38,123 nucleotides of DNA. Origin: Candidatus Wolfebacteria bacterium (GTDB lineage: Bacteria; Patescibacteriota; Minisyncoccia; UBA6257; JAGOQP01). The notes beneath the pieces were generated by a model that was given only the letters and a program-made list of their open reading frames with translations, ran no database searches and was not told where the DNA came from. Positions 15,513 through 24,801 of the stretch are shown here, piece by piece (within the stretch, counting starts at the first letter, position 1; each line of letters begins with the position of its first letter). Location of the stretch: the NCBI GenBank assembly GCA_027350645.1, contig DAIEKJ010000002.1, forward strand, positions 1 through 38,123, read 5' to 3'. The translations under genes and the position numbers were made by a program.

Positions 15513-16959
15513 AGTGTATTATCGCCTCTTCATTTTGAGAAGGAAACGCCCGCACCGCCAAGAGTAGTATGCCGTAGTAAACCACCGTCGCATACCATGG
15601 GAACCGCACCTGAGCCAGCGGCAACGATCCAAAAAAGAGAATAAGGTGCGTCTGAAACCACAAAATAACGTGCGGAATAATGGCCAGCACCGACGCGGCC
15701 GGAAACCATGCCAGCCCAACGCATCCGACCGCAAAAACCAGCGCCATCGCCAGAGGCATGACGAGTAAAATAGGAACATTGGCCGCAACGCTCACCAACG
15801 AAAACCCATTAAAGACAGCAAGCAACACCGGTAATACCGCCATCTGCGCTCCGATCGTCTGCGCCAGCGTATTCCACGCTTCGCGTGCGATCGGATGCCG
15901 TTCCTTGGAAATCGTAACCATTGAAAAAATTCGCGGAGCAATAATCATAATCCCAAAAAATGAAAGAAAAGACAGGATAAACCCAAGATCAAACATTAGA
16001 ACAAACGGATTTACCACCACCATAACGAACGCCACCGCCGCGGCGCTGTGCCAAAAATCATAGAGCCGCGACGCATATTGCGCAATAAGCGCCAGCGCTC
16101 CCATCAGCGCGGCGCGCACCACTGAACTTTCCGCGCCCGTCATAAGAACGAATACCAGCACAAGTGCGCACGATCCCCAAAATTGCCCGTGCCGTCGGAA
16201 CAAAAAACCAAGCAAAAACGAAACGGCGCTAATCATGATCATTATGTTATACCCAGACAATGCCACAATGTGCGTTGTCCCGCTTGCCCGCATAGCCTCT
16301 TTAAATGATGCCGAAAATGATGCGCTTTGCTGGCCCAATACGATTCCCGCCGCCAGCGCCGCTTCGTCGGGAGGGAAAATACGCGCATACACGCCCGAAA
16401 GCGCATCGGAAATTTTATAGAGCGCGCCACGCGCCGACCATCCGGCCGGTACGCGCTTTTCGATAGATGGAAATGCCAGCGTTCCGGCAACGCGGTCTTT
16501 TTTCAGATACTGCGTCGTACTAGAAAGCGGCTCGACCGATCCAGAAAGCATCAGGGCATCGCCATAGGTCACTGCCTGAAATGGACCCACAACCACATTC
16601 ACCCGCGCCCCCGTGTCGGTCTTGAGCACAAACTGTCGCACCGTCGAAGAAAGCCGCGGGTGGGAAGCGACGGTTCCCGAAAGCATCGTCGGAATCCGAT
16701 ACACGGGAGCGTGGGCATATACCCGCATCAGGCGCGCGTCATAATAAATCGCGCCGGCACACGCAAACCACACCAGCAAAGCAATCCATCGCCACGCAGG
16801 ACGCAAAAGAACGACCGCAATCAAAAACACCGCACATGATGCGGCGCCAGAAAACAAGATCACCCCGACAAATCCCGCACCGGCGCTTGCCAGACCGACG
16901 CCAGTAAGAAAAAAGATAAAAACAAAAAATATTTTTTGTGAAAACGGCATACGACGCAC
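15505..16959 (-). CDS. comEC: ComEC/Rec2 DNA-uptake channel (N-terminal OB/DUF4131-like region plus polytopic competence domain)
   Basis: It has multiple TM helices, and the competence-domain pattern ...GTTHIVALSGYNIMI... and ...TGAESSVVRAALMG... is present. The track start at 16959 is GTG, and an ATG is available at 16950. Confidence 0.85.
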   Translation of the reverse strand: MRRMPFSQKIFFVFIFFLTGVGLASAGAGFVGVILFSGAASCAVFLIAVVLLRPAWRWIALLVWFACAGAIYYDARLMRVYAHAPVYRIPTMLSGTVASHPRLSSTVRQFVLKTDTGARVNVVVGPFQAVTYGDALMLSGSVEPLSSTTQYLKKDRVAGTLAFPSIEKRVPAGWSARGALYKISDALSGVYARIFPPDEAALAAGIVLGQQSASFSASFKEAMRASGTTHIVALSGYNIMIMISAVSFLLGFLFRRHGQFWGSCALVLVFVLMTGAESSVVRAALMGALALIAQYASRLYDFWHSAAAVAFVMVVVNPFVLMFDLGFILSFLSFFGIMIIAPRIFSMVTISKERHPIAREAWNTLAQTIGAQMAVLPVLLAVFNGFSLVSVAANVPILLVMPLAMALVFAVGCVGLAWFPAASVLAIIPHVILWFQTHLILFFGSLPLAQVRFPWYATVVYYGILLLAVRAFPSQNEEAIIHYV

Positions 16960-16971
16960 ACAATCAAAACA

Positions 16972-17568
16972 TTACGTCCCCTGGCATCCGGCGCTGACGT
17001 TTCTGATATAATTTGGATCTCCGTATGGGAAAAGATCGTCGGCAGTGCCATAAAGACCGTCCGCCCCGGCGCTACGCAGGGTGTCGGGCGAGCACGCGCC
17101 ACTCTCCCCCTCGTTCTCATCGAGTAAAAACGGCGCGCCATACCCATCGACCACAAAATCATTGAGCGAACCATACACGCTCTGCGCCGCCCCCTCGGCT
17201 TCAAAACGTGAAAGGGTGGTTCGCCACTGCGCGACACAATCCGGATTTTGCGCAACCGGCGTTGATGTCCGGCAAACGCAATCGGAGCATCCCGATCCGG
17301 TTATTTGAATACTCGTCTTACCGCTCAATCCTTTGATGCGCGACAGCGCGTCCCCTGCTTCGCTTATTTTATACTGCGTGGCCTTAGTGCGAGCATCGTT
17401 GAGTATGCGCACGGGATTAAGCGTCATAACAACGCCGCTGGCCAGCAGGGCGAGAATCCCCAGCACCAGCAAAAGCTCAACAAGAGTAAACGACGCCTGT
17501 CCAAAACGCCTCCCTGACCACACAAACGGCGCGTACCTAAGAAGAAACTGTAATGCGCGGTACATCAT
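16972..17568 (-). CDS. Pilin-like protein with a prepilin-type N-terminal helix and a Cys-rich globular domain
   Basis: SFTLVELLLVLGILALLASGVV is a class III signal/pilin helix, preceded by a long ~25-aa leader. There are six Cys in the C-domain. It lies immediately upstream of comEC. Confidence 0.75.
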   Translation of the reverse strand: MMYRALQFLLRYAPFVWSGRRFGQASFTLVELLLVLGILALLASGVVMTLNPVRILNDARTKATQYKISEAGDALSRIKGLSGKTSIQITGSGCSDCVCRTSTPVAQNPDCVAQWRTTLSRFEAEGAAQSVYGSLNDFVVDGYGAPFLLDENEGESGACSPDTLRSAGADGLYGTADDLFPYGDPNYIRNVSAGCQGT

Positions 17569-17609
17569 ATACCATCACCTATCTAACTAACGATTCTTGC
17601 GACACAAAA

Positions 17610-19685
17610 TTATTTTTTATCTCCTATTTTTACCAACCACTCCTCCTCGCTCCAGACGGGTATGCCCAGCTTTTGCGCCTTGGCATATTTTGATCCCGGA
17701 TGTTCCCCCGCCACCACAGCCGTGGTCTGCGCGGTTACCTCCGATTGAAAATGCCCGCCGGCGGCGATGATTTTTTCTTTCGCCTGCTGGCGCGACATCG
17801 ACGCCAGCGTCCCGGTTAAACACAAAGACATCCCCGCCAATGTTCCGGATACGTGCCGCGGAAGCGAAACCACCGACACGCCCACGCGCGCCAATTTGTA
17901 CAAAAGCTTTTCATTGCGCGCGTCCGAAAACCATTCGTGAATACTCTGCGCCACCTTGGGACCGATATCCGGAACGTTTTGTAATTCTTCCAGCGATGTC
18001 TTTTTGAAAAAGACCGCCAGTGCCTCAACCGACACCACGCCACGGTCGGCAGGCACCTTCTTTGCCGCCAATTCCGCCAGCGCCAACGCGGTTTCTGCTC
18101 CCACATGAACAATGCCCAGCGCAAAAATAAATTTTTCAACGGAGATCTTTTTCTTCCGCTCAATTTCTTCTATGAGATTTTGCGCTGATTTTTTTCCAAA
18201 ACGCTCCAACGCCGCAATGTCGCCTTTTTGCAATGTGAAAATATCGGCGGCGGTCGCAATCAATCCCTCGTCCAAAAAACGATCAACGATCTTGTCCCCC
18301 AACCCGCGAATATCAAACGCCGCCCGAGAAACAAAATGAATAATGCCATTCCGATTTTTTGCGCCGCATGACGGATTGGAACACTTGAGCAAAACACCAT
18401 CCCTGACAACGGGCGCCTCGTCAACCGGACACCGCTCCGGCTCCCGCACCGCTTTTTCCTTTCCGGTGCGCAATTCGGGAAGCACCTGAATCACTTTAGG
18501 AATGACATCTCCTGAGCGCATCACGATCACCGTGTCGCCGATCTTGAGCCCTAGCCGCTTGATTTCGTCGAAATTGTGCAATGTCGCATGAGAAATGGTA
18601 ACCCCCGACACCTCTACGGGCTTTAAAACGGCCACCGGCGTAAGGACTCCCGTTCGCCCCACCTGCACAATCACATCCTCCACGATAGTCGTCGCTTGGC
18701 GGGGAGAAAACTTATAGGCGATCGCTCCGCGGGGCGCCTTGCCTACCACGCCACCGCTGCGGAAAAGTGCCTCATCGTTGACCATGACCACGATGCCGTC
18801 AATTTCGTATCCAAGTTTCTCGCGTTTTTTTCCCCATGCATTTCGAAACGCATAGACATCGGCAAGCGTCGCCTCGATTCGATTGTACGGGTTAACGACA
18901 AATCCCCAGGAAGCCAGAACTTTATGCTTTTCTTCGTGCGTCGCAATCGGTAGGCCGGTGTCGGTAACAATATCGTATTGATATGACTCAAGTTTACGAG
19001 CGGCGGCAACAACGGGATCCAATTGCCGAATGGAACCGGCGGCAAGATTGCGCGTGTTGGCATACGGTTTTTCACCCTTGCGTTCCTGCTCGCGATTGAT
19101 GCGCTCCAATTCCCGTATCGGCACGAATATTTCGCCACGGACAACCAGATGATCCGGCACATTCCATTTTCCTAATTGTACGAGCCGTTGGGGAATTGTT
19201 GCGATGGTTTTGACGTTCTGCGTCACATCTTCGCCGATTTTTCCATCGCCCCGCGTGGCGCCCAGAACCAACGCCCCTTTTTCATAGACCAACTCTATCG
19301 CCAGCCCATCCAGTTTCAACTCGCAATAAAAAAGCGGGCACGCAGACGAGCCGGCCAGTTTCTTTCCCAGATATTTTTCCAGCCGATCCAGCCATTCCGC
19401 CATCTCTTTTTCGGAAAACGCATCATGAAACGAAAGCATCGGCGCTTCGTGGGGCACCTTCACAAAGGCGTCCAGCGGGGCGCCGCCGACTTTCTGTGTC
19501 GGCGAATCAGCAACGGCCAAATCAGGAAACCGGCCCTCCAGCTCTTCTAATTCGTTTTTAAGCGTATCAAAAGCGGCATCGGACAGTTCCGGCGCGTCAA
19601 ACGTATGATAAAGCGTCCGGTGATATTCGATTAGTTTGCGCAACTTCCCCGCGCGGGAGCGCGCCGCATCTTTGTCCATACACAT
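17610..19685 (-). CDS. ligA: NAD-dependent DNA ligase
   Basis: It has the adenylation motif CELKLDGLAI (KxDG), an OB domain, a Zn finger (CPVDEAPVVRDGVLLKCSNPSCGAK), HhH repeats and a C-terminal BRCT (GMSLCLTGTL...). ATG codons are present at 19685 and 19679. Confidence 0.95.
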   Translation of the reverse strand: MCMDKDAARSRAGKLRKLIEYHRTLYHTFDAPELSDAAFDTLKNELEELEGRFPDLAVADSPTQKVGGAPLDAFVKVPHEAPMLSFHDAFSEKEMAEWLDRLEKYLGKKLAGSSACPLFYCELKLDGLAIELVYEKGALVLGATRGDGKIGEDVTQNVKTIATIPQRLVQLGKWNVPDHLVVRGEIFVPIRELERINREQERKGEKPYANTRNLAAGSIRQLDPVVAAARKLESYQYDIVTDTGLPIATHEEKHKVLASWGFVVNPYNRIEATLADVYAFRNAWGKKREKLGYEIDGIVVMVNDEALFRSGGVVGKAPRGAIAYKFSPRQATTIVEDVIVQVGRTGVLTPVAVLKPVEVSGVTISHATLHNFDEIKRLGLKIGDTVIVMRSGDVIPKVIQVLPELRTGKEKAVREPERCPVDEAPVVRDGVLLKCSNPSCGAKNRNGIIHFVSRAAFDIRGLGDKIVDRFLDEGLIATAADIFTLQKGDIAALERFGKKSAQNLIEEIERKKKISVEKFIFALGIVHVGAETALALAELAAKKVPADRGVVSVEALAVFFKKTSLEELQNVPDIGPKVAQSIHEWFSDARNEKLLYKLARVGVSVVSLPRHVSGTLAGMSLCLTGTLASMSRQQAKEKIIAAGGHFQSEVTAQTTAVVAGEHPGSKYAKAQKLGIPVWSEEEWLVKIGDKK

Positions 19686-19735
19686 AGTGTCGCACGAGAT
19701 TGTTTTTTAAACAACCGCGACCGCACCAATGAGGG

Positions 19736-20146
19736 CTAGTTTGTGGGAATCGTCGAAAACTCGAGCGCGCGATAGACGCGTCCGACATGCCCCATTGTTT
19801 TAACGTCAATCGACGGATACGCCCCGCTCACATTTACCGACGCCGTAACACCGTTTGACAGCGATGGCGGAGTGAGATTAGTTAGCGACGAACAACTTTG
19901 AGGCGTTGATGAGCAGGTCACAAACAAAGTATAAAAGGCCTTCTGAATCCCCGCATCGGCCGCATAAATCGATTCAGTTGAGTTGGCAATATCCCCCGCA
20001 TTCCGCAGTTCCTGAAGCGTCACATAGCCGACGATCGCGCTCACCGCCAGCATGCTGGCACCCAGCACCATAACCATGATGAGCATCGCCTGCCCTCGAT
20101 TATTTTTTACTCTTGTGTATCCTTTCTGTGCGCGCATATTTTTCAT
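19736..20146 (-). CDS. PilX-N-like minor pilin/pilus assembly protein
   Basis: RGQAMLIMVMVLGASMLAVSAIVGYV...AADAGIQKAFY matches the PilX N-terminal pattern. The ATG at 20146 shares 1 nt with the upstream TGA. The track start at 20158 is GTG. Confidence 0.65.
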   Translation of the reverse strand: MKNMRAQKGYTRVKNNRGQAMLIMVMVLGASMLAVSAIVGYVTLQELRNAGDIANSTESIYAADAGIQKAFYTLFVTCSSTPQSCSSLTNLTPPSLSNGVTASVNVSGAYPSIDVKTMGHVGRVYRALEFSTIPTN

Positions 20147-20754
20147 CACATACCCCACGCCCGCGACTCGACAGACGTTTCAATATAATTGGTCATTGTC
20201 TGATTTTTATCCGATGTGGTAATACCAATAACAAGCGTCGCCAAACAGGGAGCCGATAGTGATCCATATCCACTGGGAACCTGAACGGTCGCATGAAAAT
20301 ACGAAACGTCAACATTGGACGCGGTGAACGCTTGCGCGGGCTGAGGAGCGTTAAAACCATTATCAACGCCGTTACCGTTGGTAATTGAACGAGTAATTAT
20401 TACGGTACCCGGCTTCCATGAATATGTTATTTTTTGATTAATGACCTGAGATGACGTTGAGTTGGGATTTATAACCGGTCGAATAAAAGAAATGTCATTC
20501 CCGTCGGTGGTGCTATAGTTCGAGCCCATCCGCATCTCCCGCAACATCTGTTCGATGCTCAAACTCATATTGTCCGTCGCCGCGGTCATCTTAAGCACGA
20601 CCCGCTGGGCAGAGAGCATCTGTGCAAATCCTCCCACGCTCAGAGCGATAAACATCGAAAAAATAAACATCGCGATCAACATCTCAATCAGCGTCTGGCC
20701 GCTCTCTTCCCGCGCCGTCCGGGAAAAAATAATTTTTGGATGCATGCGTGACAT
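20146..20754 (-). CDS. Minor pilin with a prepilin-type N-terminal cleavage/methylation domain
   Basis: ESGQTLIEMLIAMFIFSMFIALSVGGF has Glu at +5 relative to the G|Q junction. It shows TAATG 1-nt coupling to the upstream gene. Confidence 0.75.
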   Translation of the reverse strand: MSRMHPKIIFSRTAREESGQTLIEMLIAMFIFSMFIALSVGGFAQMLSAQRVVLKMTAATDNMSLSIEQMLREMRMGSNYSTTDGNDISFIRPVINPNSTSSQVINQKITYSWKPGTVIITRSITNGNGVDNGFNAPQPAQAFTASNVDVSYFHATVQVPSGYGSLSAPCLATLVIGITTSDKNQTMTNYIETSVESRAWGM

Positions 20755-21344
20755 TATGGTTTCCTCCAGTTATAGAAGTGGTCCTCGACATTAACCGACA
20801 TGGCCACGCCCCCCTTGGTTATCCACACAACAACACTGTTAACCATCACCTCGTCGGCTGATTTTGTTGTCACAACAACAACCCGATGATATGGCGTTGG
20901 CGAGGGATTAGGCGGTGGCGTCAAATAAGAAAGGTACATCGGATGTCCAGAGGAGTCCTGTGCCGAATAAACCAACGTCGTCGGCAAGGCAAGTATCGTT
21001 GTCGTCGTCCACGTAGTATTGGAAGAGAATCGGGTCAATTCCAAACCATTGGTCCCCGCCGTAACCACATACAATCCGCTTTGGAACCCCGCTTGGTACG
21101 GTTGGGAAGAAAAGACATTGACATCCAGCTGGTATCCGGCAAGCTCGATGCCCTCGCTGGCAAGATAGGAGGCGATGTATTGATTGGTTATCACGCGGTT
21201 GAGCCCTATGGAAGTGTTGAGCACCATAAGAATCCCGATAAGTCCGATAACGGTCATAGAGAGCGCCACCATTGTTTCAACCAAAACCTGGCCGCTGGCC
21301 TCTCTCATGCTGTCCTTGTTTTGCGCGATAAAAAAATTTTTCAT
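20754..21344 (-). CDS. Minor pilin with a prepilin-type N-terminal domain
   Basis: EASGQVLVETMVALSMTVIGLIGILMVL has Glu at +5 relative to G|Q. Confidence 0.75.
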   Translation of the reverse strand: MKNFFIAQNKDSMREASGQVLVETMVALSMTVIGLIGILMVLNTSIGLNRVITNQYIASYLASEGIELAGYQLDVNVFSSQPYQAGFQSGLYVVTAGTNGLELTRFSSNTTWTTTTILALPTTLVYSAQDSSGHPMYLSYLTPPPNPSPTPYHRVVVVTTKSADEVMVNSVVVWITKGGVAMSVNVEDHFYNWRKP

Positions 21345-21372
21345 ACAGTAAATAAATGCCGGAAAACAATCG

Positions 21373-22062
21373 CTACGTTTGGGGGCAGGTTGTTGTTATT
21401 TGGCCAAAACCGTTAATAACAACACACGTTGAAGTGCCAGTGTTGGTATTTTTGCGTCCGGTAATGGTGATAATTAAGTTGGGAAAAGCCGACGACCCCC
21501 CGGAAAGATTATCGGTATCCCCGCAAAGAGTTCCTACCGGAGGCGGTCCGCTACTGGGAAAATCGGCGCATGTCCGCGGATCGGGAGGAATGAAATAAAG
21601 ATAGTCAAAATTTGCCCTTACGTATACGCCATCCAAGGAAATAGCCGGCTGTCCAGGCAGGGGTGAGATCGCCAGGTTATTTGGGTGGAGATCGTTCTCA
21701 TTAGTCGGACACGGCGCGCTACTATTAACCGGCACATACGAAAAAACGGATATTGATGTGGCGCCATTGGGTCCCTGGGGAATAGCAATACCATAACCGC
21801 AGGGCGCCTTGCTCTTTGATTTTCCTTCCGCTTGATTTTGCGGGGATCCATAGGTGGACACCGCCAGGTTCCGCGCGTTATACACCGCCGACATAATAAC
21901 TCCCTGCTCCCGGAAAACACTGATCTGATCGGCGGCCGAACTGCTGTAAAAGACGGCAATCGCCATCAGCGCGCTCAACAAAAAAACCACCACCATGATC
22001 TCGACGATCGTAAATGCCTGTTCCGATTTAATGCTGGCTATAACCGATGAAGGTGTGGACAC
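21373..22062 (-). CDS. Minor pilin with a prepilin-type N-terminal domain and a Cys-rich C-domain
   Basis: KSEQAFTIVEIMVVVFLLSALMAIAVF is present. The start is GTG at 22062, 2 nt after the pilD stop, and there is no ATG upstream of the pilin motif. Confidence 0.75.
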   Translation of the reverse strand: MSTPSSVIASIKSEQAFTIVEIMVVVFLLSALMAIAVFYSSSAADQISVFREQGVIMSAVYNARNLAVSTYGSPQNQAEGKSKSKAPCGYGIAIPQGPNGATSISVFSYVPVNSSAPCPTNENDLHPNNLAISPLPGQPAISLDGVYVRANFDYLYFIPPDPRTCADFPSSGPPPVGTLCGDTDNLSGGSSAFPNLIITITGRKNTNTGTSTCVVINGFGQITTTCPQT

Positions 22063-22064
22063 GG

Positions 22065-22973
22065 TTATAGTATACCCAAGTATGCCCCCGCCAGTCCAGC
22101 GCCCCAGAAGAAAAGGATGGTCGCCGCCAGAATGATGAACGGTCCGAAGGGGAGTTGGTCGGACATTTTTTTCTTCCCCACCAAAAGGTATCCAGCCGCA
22201 AAAATCCCCCCAATAATAAAAGAGAGAGCCATGATGGCGGCAATATCAGGCCACCCAAAGAGCAAGCCAAGCGCGGCAATCAGTTTTACATCGCCCATCC
22301 CCATCCCCTTCCCCAAAGACACAAGAACGATGACAAGGAAAAAGATGAGTCCAATCGCCAAGCCAGCTAAATGATTTTCCCACGCCATTCCAAAAACTGG
22401 AAACAGACCAGAAAAATGACCCAAAAATGATCCGCCGCCCATAGCCGGCGTAATACCAGCCGACCACACCGCGACGGTCCACGCCGCTCCCAAAACAGCC
22501 AATGCGGCGTTGACGCTGTTGGGGATCAGAAAATAACGCAGATCAATAACCGTCACCACAATAAAGAGGAGAAAAACCGCGATCCATAAAACCGACACAA
22601 GAACAATAATCCACGCGTGAGATCCAAAAACAACCGCCGAGAGCATATTCCACAGCTGAAGCGGAACGAAGACAAACAAGAGTCCCGTTGCCAGCTCCAC
22701 GAGCGGATACTGTATCGAGATCGGCTCGTCACATGAACGGCATTTGCCTTTCTGTAAAAGATAGCTCACCAACGGCACAAGATTGGTCCACGCCAGATTG
22801 GTCTTGCACGACGGGCAGTGCGATCTCCCTAGCCACCTCCGCCAGCCAAAAAACGGCTGCGACGGTTCATAGCGCAAAATAACGACATTCAAAAAGCTCC
22901 CGACCGCCAAACCAAAAAGGAAAAGAAAAAGCAGAAAAACCCAGTTAGTCTCCAAATACATAAGAAGCGCCAA
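22065..22973 (-). CDS. pilD: Prepilin peptidase / N-methyltransferase (peptidase A24)
   Basis: It has the CPSC...CRSC zinc motif, the YPLVELATG motif, the GMGDVKL catalytic Asp motif and a polytopic profile. The first codon at 22973 is TTG, and an ATG alternative lies at 22961. Confidence 0.9.
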   Translation of the reverse strand: MALLMYLETNWVFLLFLFLFGLAVGSFLNVVILRYEPSQPFFGWRRWLGRSHCPSCKTNLAWTNLVPLVSYLLQKGKCRSCDEPISIQYPLVELATGLLFVFVPLQLWNMLSAVVFGSHAWIIVLVSVLWIAVFLLFIVVTVIDLRYFLIPNSVNAALAVLGAAWTVAVWSAGITPAMGGGSFLGHFSGLFPVFGMAWENHLAGLAIGLIFFLVIVLVSLGKGMGMGDVKLIAALGLLFGWPDIAAIMALSFIIGGIFAAGYLLVGKKKMSDQLPFGPFIILAATILFFWGAGLAGAYLGIL

Positions 22974-22979
22974 GAAAAA

Positions 22980-23507
22980 CTAGAATTGAATACAATAATA
23001 GTCACTCGAACCAGGAGCCGGAGGCGTTCCGGTGGCGAACGAAGTACACTGGGCGCCAGACGATGGGCTAACCAGCGTACACCCATTTAATGAGTTAATC
23101 CCCTGATGCCACGCATTGGCATCCTTCGAAAGTTGTGCTCCTAAAACATAGCTCTGCGGAGGAGTCGTCTGGCCACAGTAAGCATAGAGATACGGAGATC
23201 CCCCAGCTGGATCCGCCGGAATAGATTGGTTATTCGACAAAATATTATCTCCGCGAAGAGCCGTATTTAAATCCGTCGTCGGATAACCCTGGTGGATATT
23301 ATAGTACCGTTCGAGATATGTTTGGATATTTTGCATATCCGACAATCGCCGCGCGTCGTATGCGCTCTGGCGGAATCCGGAGAGTCCCACCAGAAAGACC
23401 GACGCCAAGATAGCGATAATGGCCACCACGACCAGCATTTCAACCAGCGTAAACCCTTTTTGATCCAAAAGATTTTTTACGCCCTTGTCCGCAAAAACAT
23501 TTTTCAT
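22980..23507 (-). CDS. pilA: Major type IV pilin
   Basis: It has a canonical class III signal, ...DQKG|FTLVEMLVVVAIIAILASV. It has 4 Cys in the C-domain, its own strong promoter and an AGGGA RBS. Confidence 0.85.
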   Translation of the reverse strand: MKNVFADKGVKNLLDQKGFTLVEMLVVVAIIAILASVFLVGLSGFRQSAYDARRLSDMQNIQTYLERYYNIHQGYPTTDLNTALRGDNILSNNQSIPADPAGGSPYLYAYCGQTTPPQSYVLGAQLSKDANAWHQGINSLNGCTLVSPSSGAQCTSFATGTPPAPGSSDYYCIQF

Positions 23508-23554
23508 ACTCGGTTCCCTTATAGATGATTAATTATGAATATACTCTTTTTGCC

Positions 23555-23583
23555 AGTATACCACGCCGCGATTATATTTCCAA
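23555..23583 (-). promoter_or_regulatory. Promoter of the major pilin gene (TTGGAA-17-TGgTATACT)
   Basis: On the minus strand the -35 TTGGAA (23578..23583) lies inside the pilC 3' end. A 17-nt spacer is followed by the extended -10 TGgTATACT (23555..23563), about 41 nt upstream of the pilA ATG. Confidence 0.5.
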
Positions 23584-24786
23584 CGACGAAGCCAAATTGT
23601 AAATCGGCAGGAGAATCGCGGAAAACAGCAGGCCGACCAAAACGCCGATCAGAAGAACCAGCATCGGTTCTATGAGCGACGACAAATTGTTCATCAGCAC
23701 GCTCACCTCGCCGTCGTAAAAAGTGGATATCTTGGTCATCATGTATTCCAGCTTTCCGGTTGTTTCGCCGATTGCCGCCATCTGGCTGACCATCGGCGGA
23801 AAAAACGCCGGATAGTTAAGCAACAATCCGGAAAATGATCCGCCCTCGCGCACGCCCTGCGTAATGGCGGCCAACGCATCCTGATATACCCTGTTCCCGA
23901 TCGTGTTGGCGGCAATCTCGATTGCTTGCGTGATAGGCAGTCCGCCCTTGATAAGAACGCTAAACGACCGCGCAAAGCGGGCGATGTAAACTTTCTGGAA
24001 CAAATCCCCAAAAACCGGCAAACGCAAAATGACCTGATCGCGCAACGCTTTGCCTTCGTCTGTTCTGAGATAATCAACAATCATAAACGCCACGCCCAGC
24101 ACCACAATGAGCGCCACCCACCACCACTGAGCGATGTACGCCCCGCCATACAACACAATCTTGCTGATCAGCGGCAGCTGGACATTCATATCCTGAAACA
24201 CCGGCAAAATTTTGGGGAAAACGATAATGGCCATCAGCATGCCGACAATAAAGAAAAGGCCCAAAAGAATCGCCGGATAGATAAGCGCGCTTGAAATTTT
24301 TGACCGCCACTCCGCTTCCTTCTCAATGTACGAGGCCAAAAACATCATCGCGTCTTCCAGCTTGCCGGTAACTTCCGCCGAACGGATCATGCTGATGTAA
24401 AAATCGGAAAAGATCGTTCCCTGACGCTCCAACGCCTGCGAGAGCGCCAAACCAGACTCGATATCTTCGCGAATCTGGAAGATCGCCTCCTTAAGAAGGA
24501 CATTCTTCGTCTGTTCGTAGAGCGACTGCAATGCATTGCTTAAAGGAATCTGGGACTCAACCAGCGTCGCCAGCTGGCGAGTAAAAATCATCAAATCCTT
24601 TGCCTTCACCCGATTAATAATCTGCAAAAAGCCATAGGTAATACCCTGTTTTTCCTGAGCTTCAATACTCAAGACGAAAAGATTGTGTCCAGCTAAAATA
24701 CTCGTCACCGCTTCGGGCGACGGCGCATCAACCGAGCCAACCTGCAACTCACCATTTTGATTGCGTGCCTGGTATTTGAACTTCAT
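23572..24786 (-). CDS. pilC: Type IV pilus platform protein (GspF/PilC family)
   Basis: It has two T2SS-F repeats, polytopic TM segments and the conserved ...GETTGKL... and ...ARFARSFSVLIKGGLPI... motifs. Confidence 0.92.
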   Translation of the reverse strand: MKFKYQARNQNGELQVGSVDAPSPEAVTSILAGHNLFVLSIEAQEKQGITYGFLQIINRVKAKDLMIFTRQLATLVESQIPLSNALQSLYEQTKNVLLKEAIFQIREDIESGLALSQALERQGTIFSDFYISMIRSAEVTGKLEDAMMFLASYIEKEAEWRSKISSALIYPAILLGLFFIVGMLMAIIVFPKILPVFQDMNVQLPLISKIVLYGGAYIAQWWWVALIVVLGVAFMIVDYLRTDEGKALRDQVILRLPVFGDLFQKVYIARFARSFSVLIKGGLPITQAIEIAANTIGNRVYQDALAAITQGVREGGSFSGLLLNYPAFFPPMVSQMAAIGETTGKLEYMMTKISTFYDGEVSVLMNNLSSLIEPMLVLLIGVLVGLLFSAILLPIYNLASSLEI

Positions 24787-24801
24787 ACGACAAAGCCCCG
24801 C

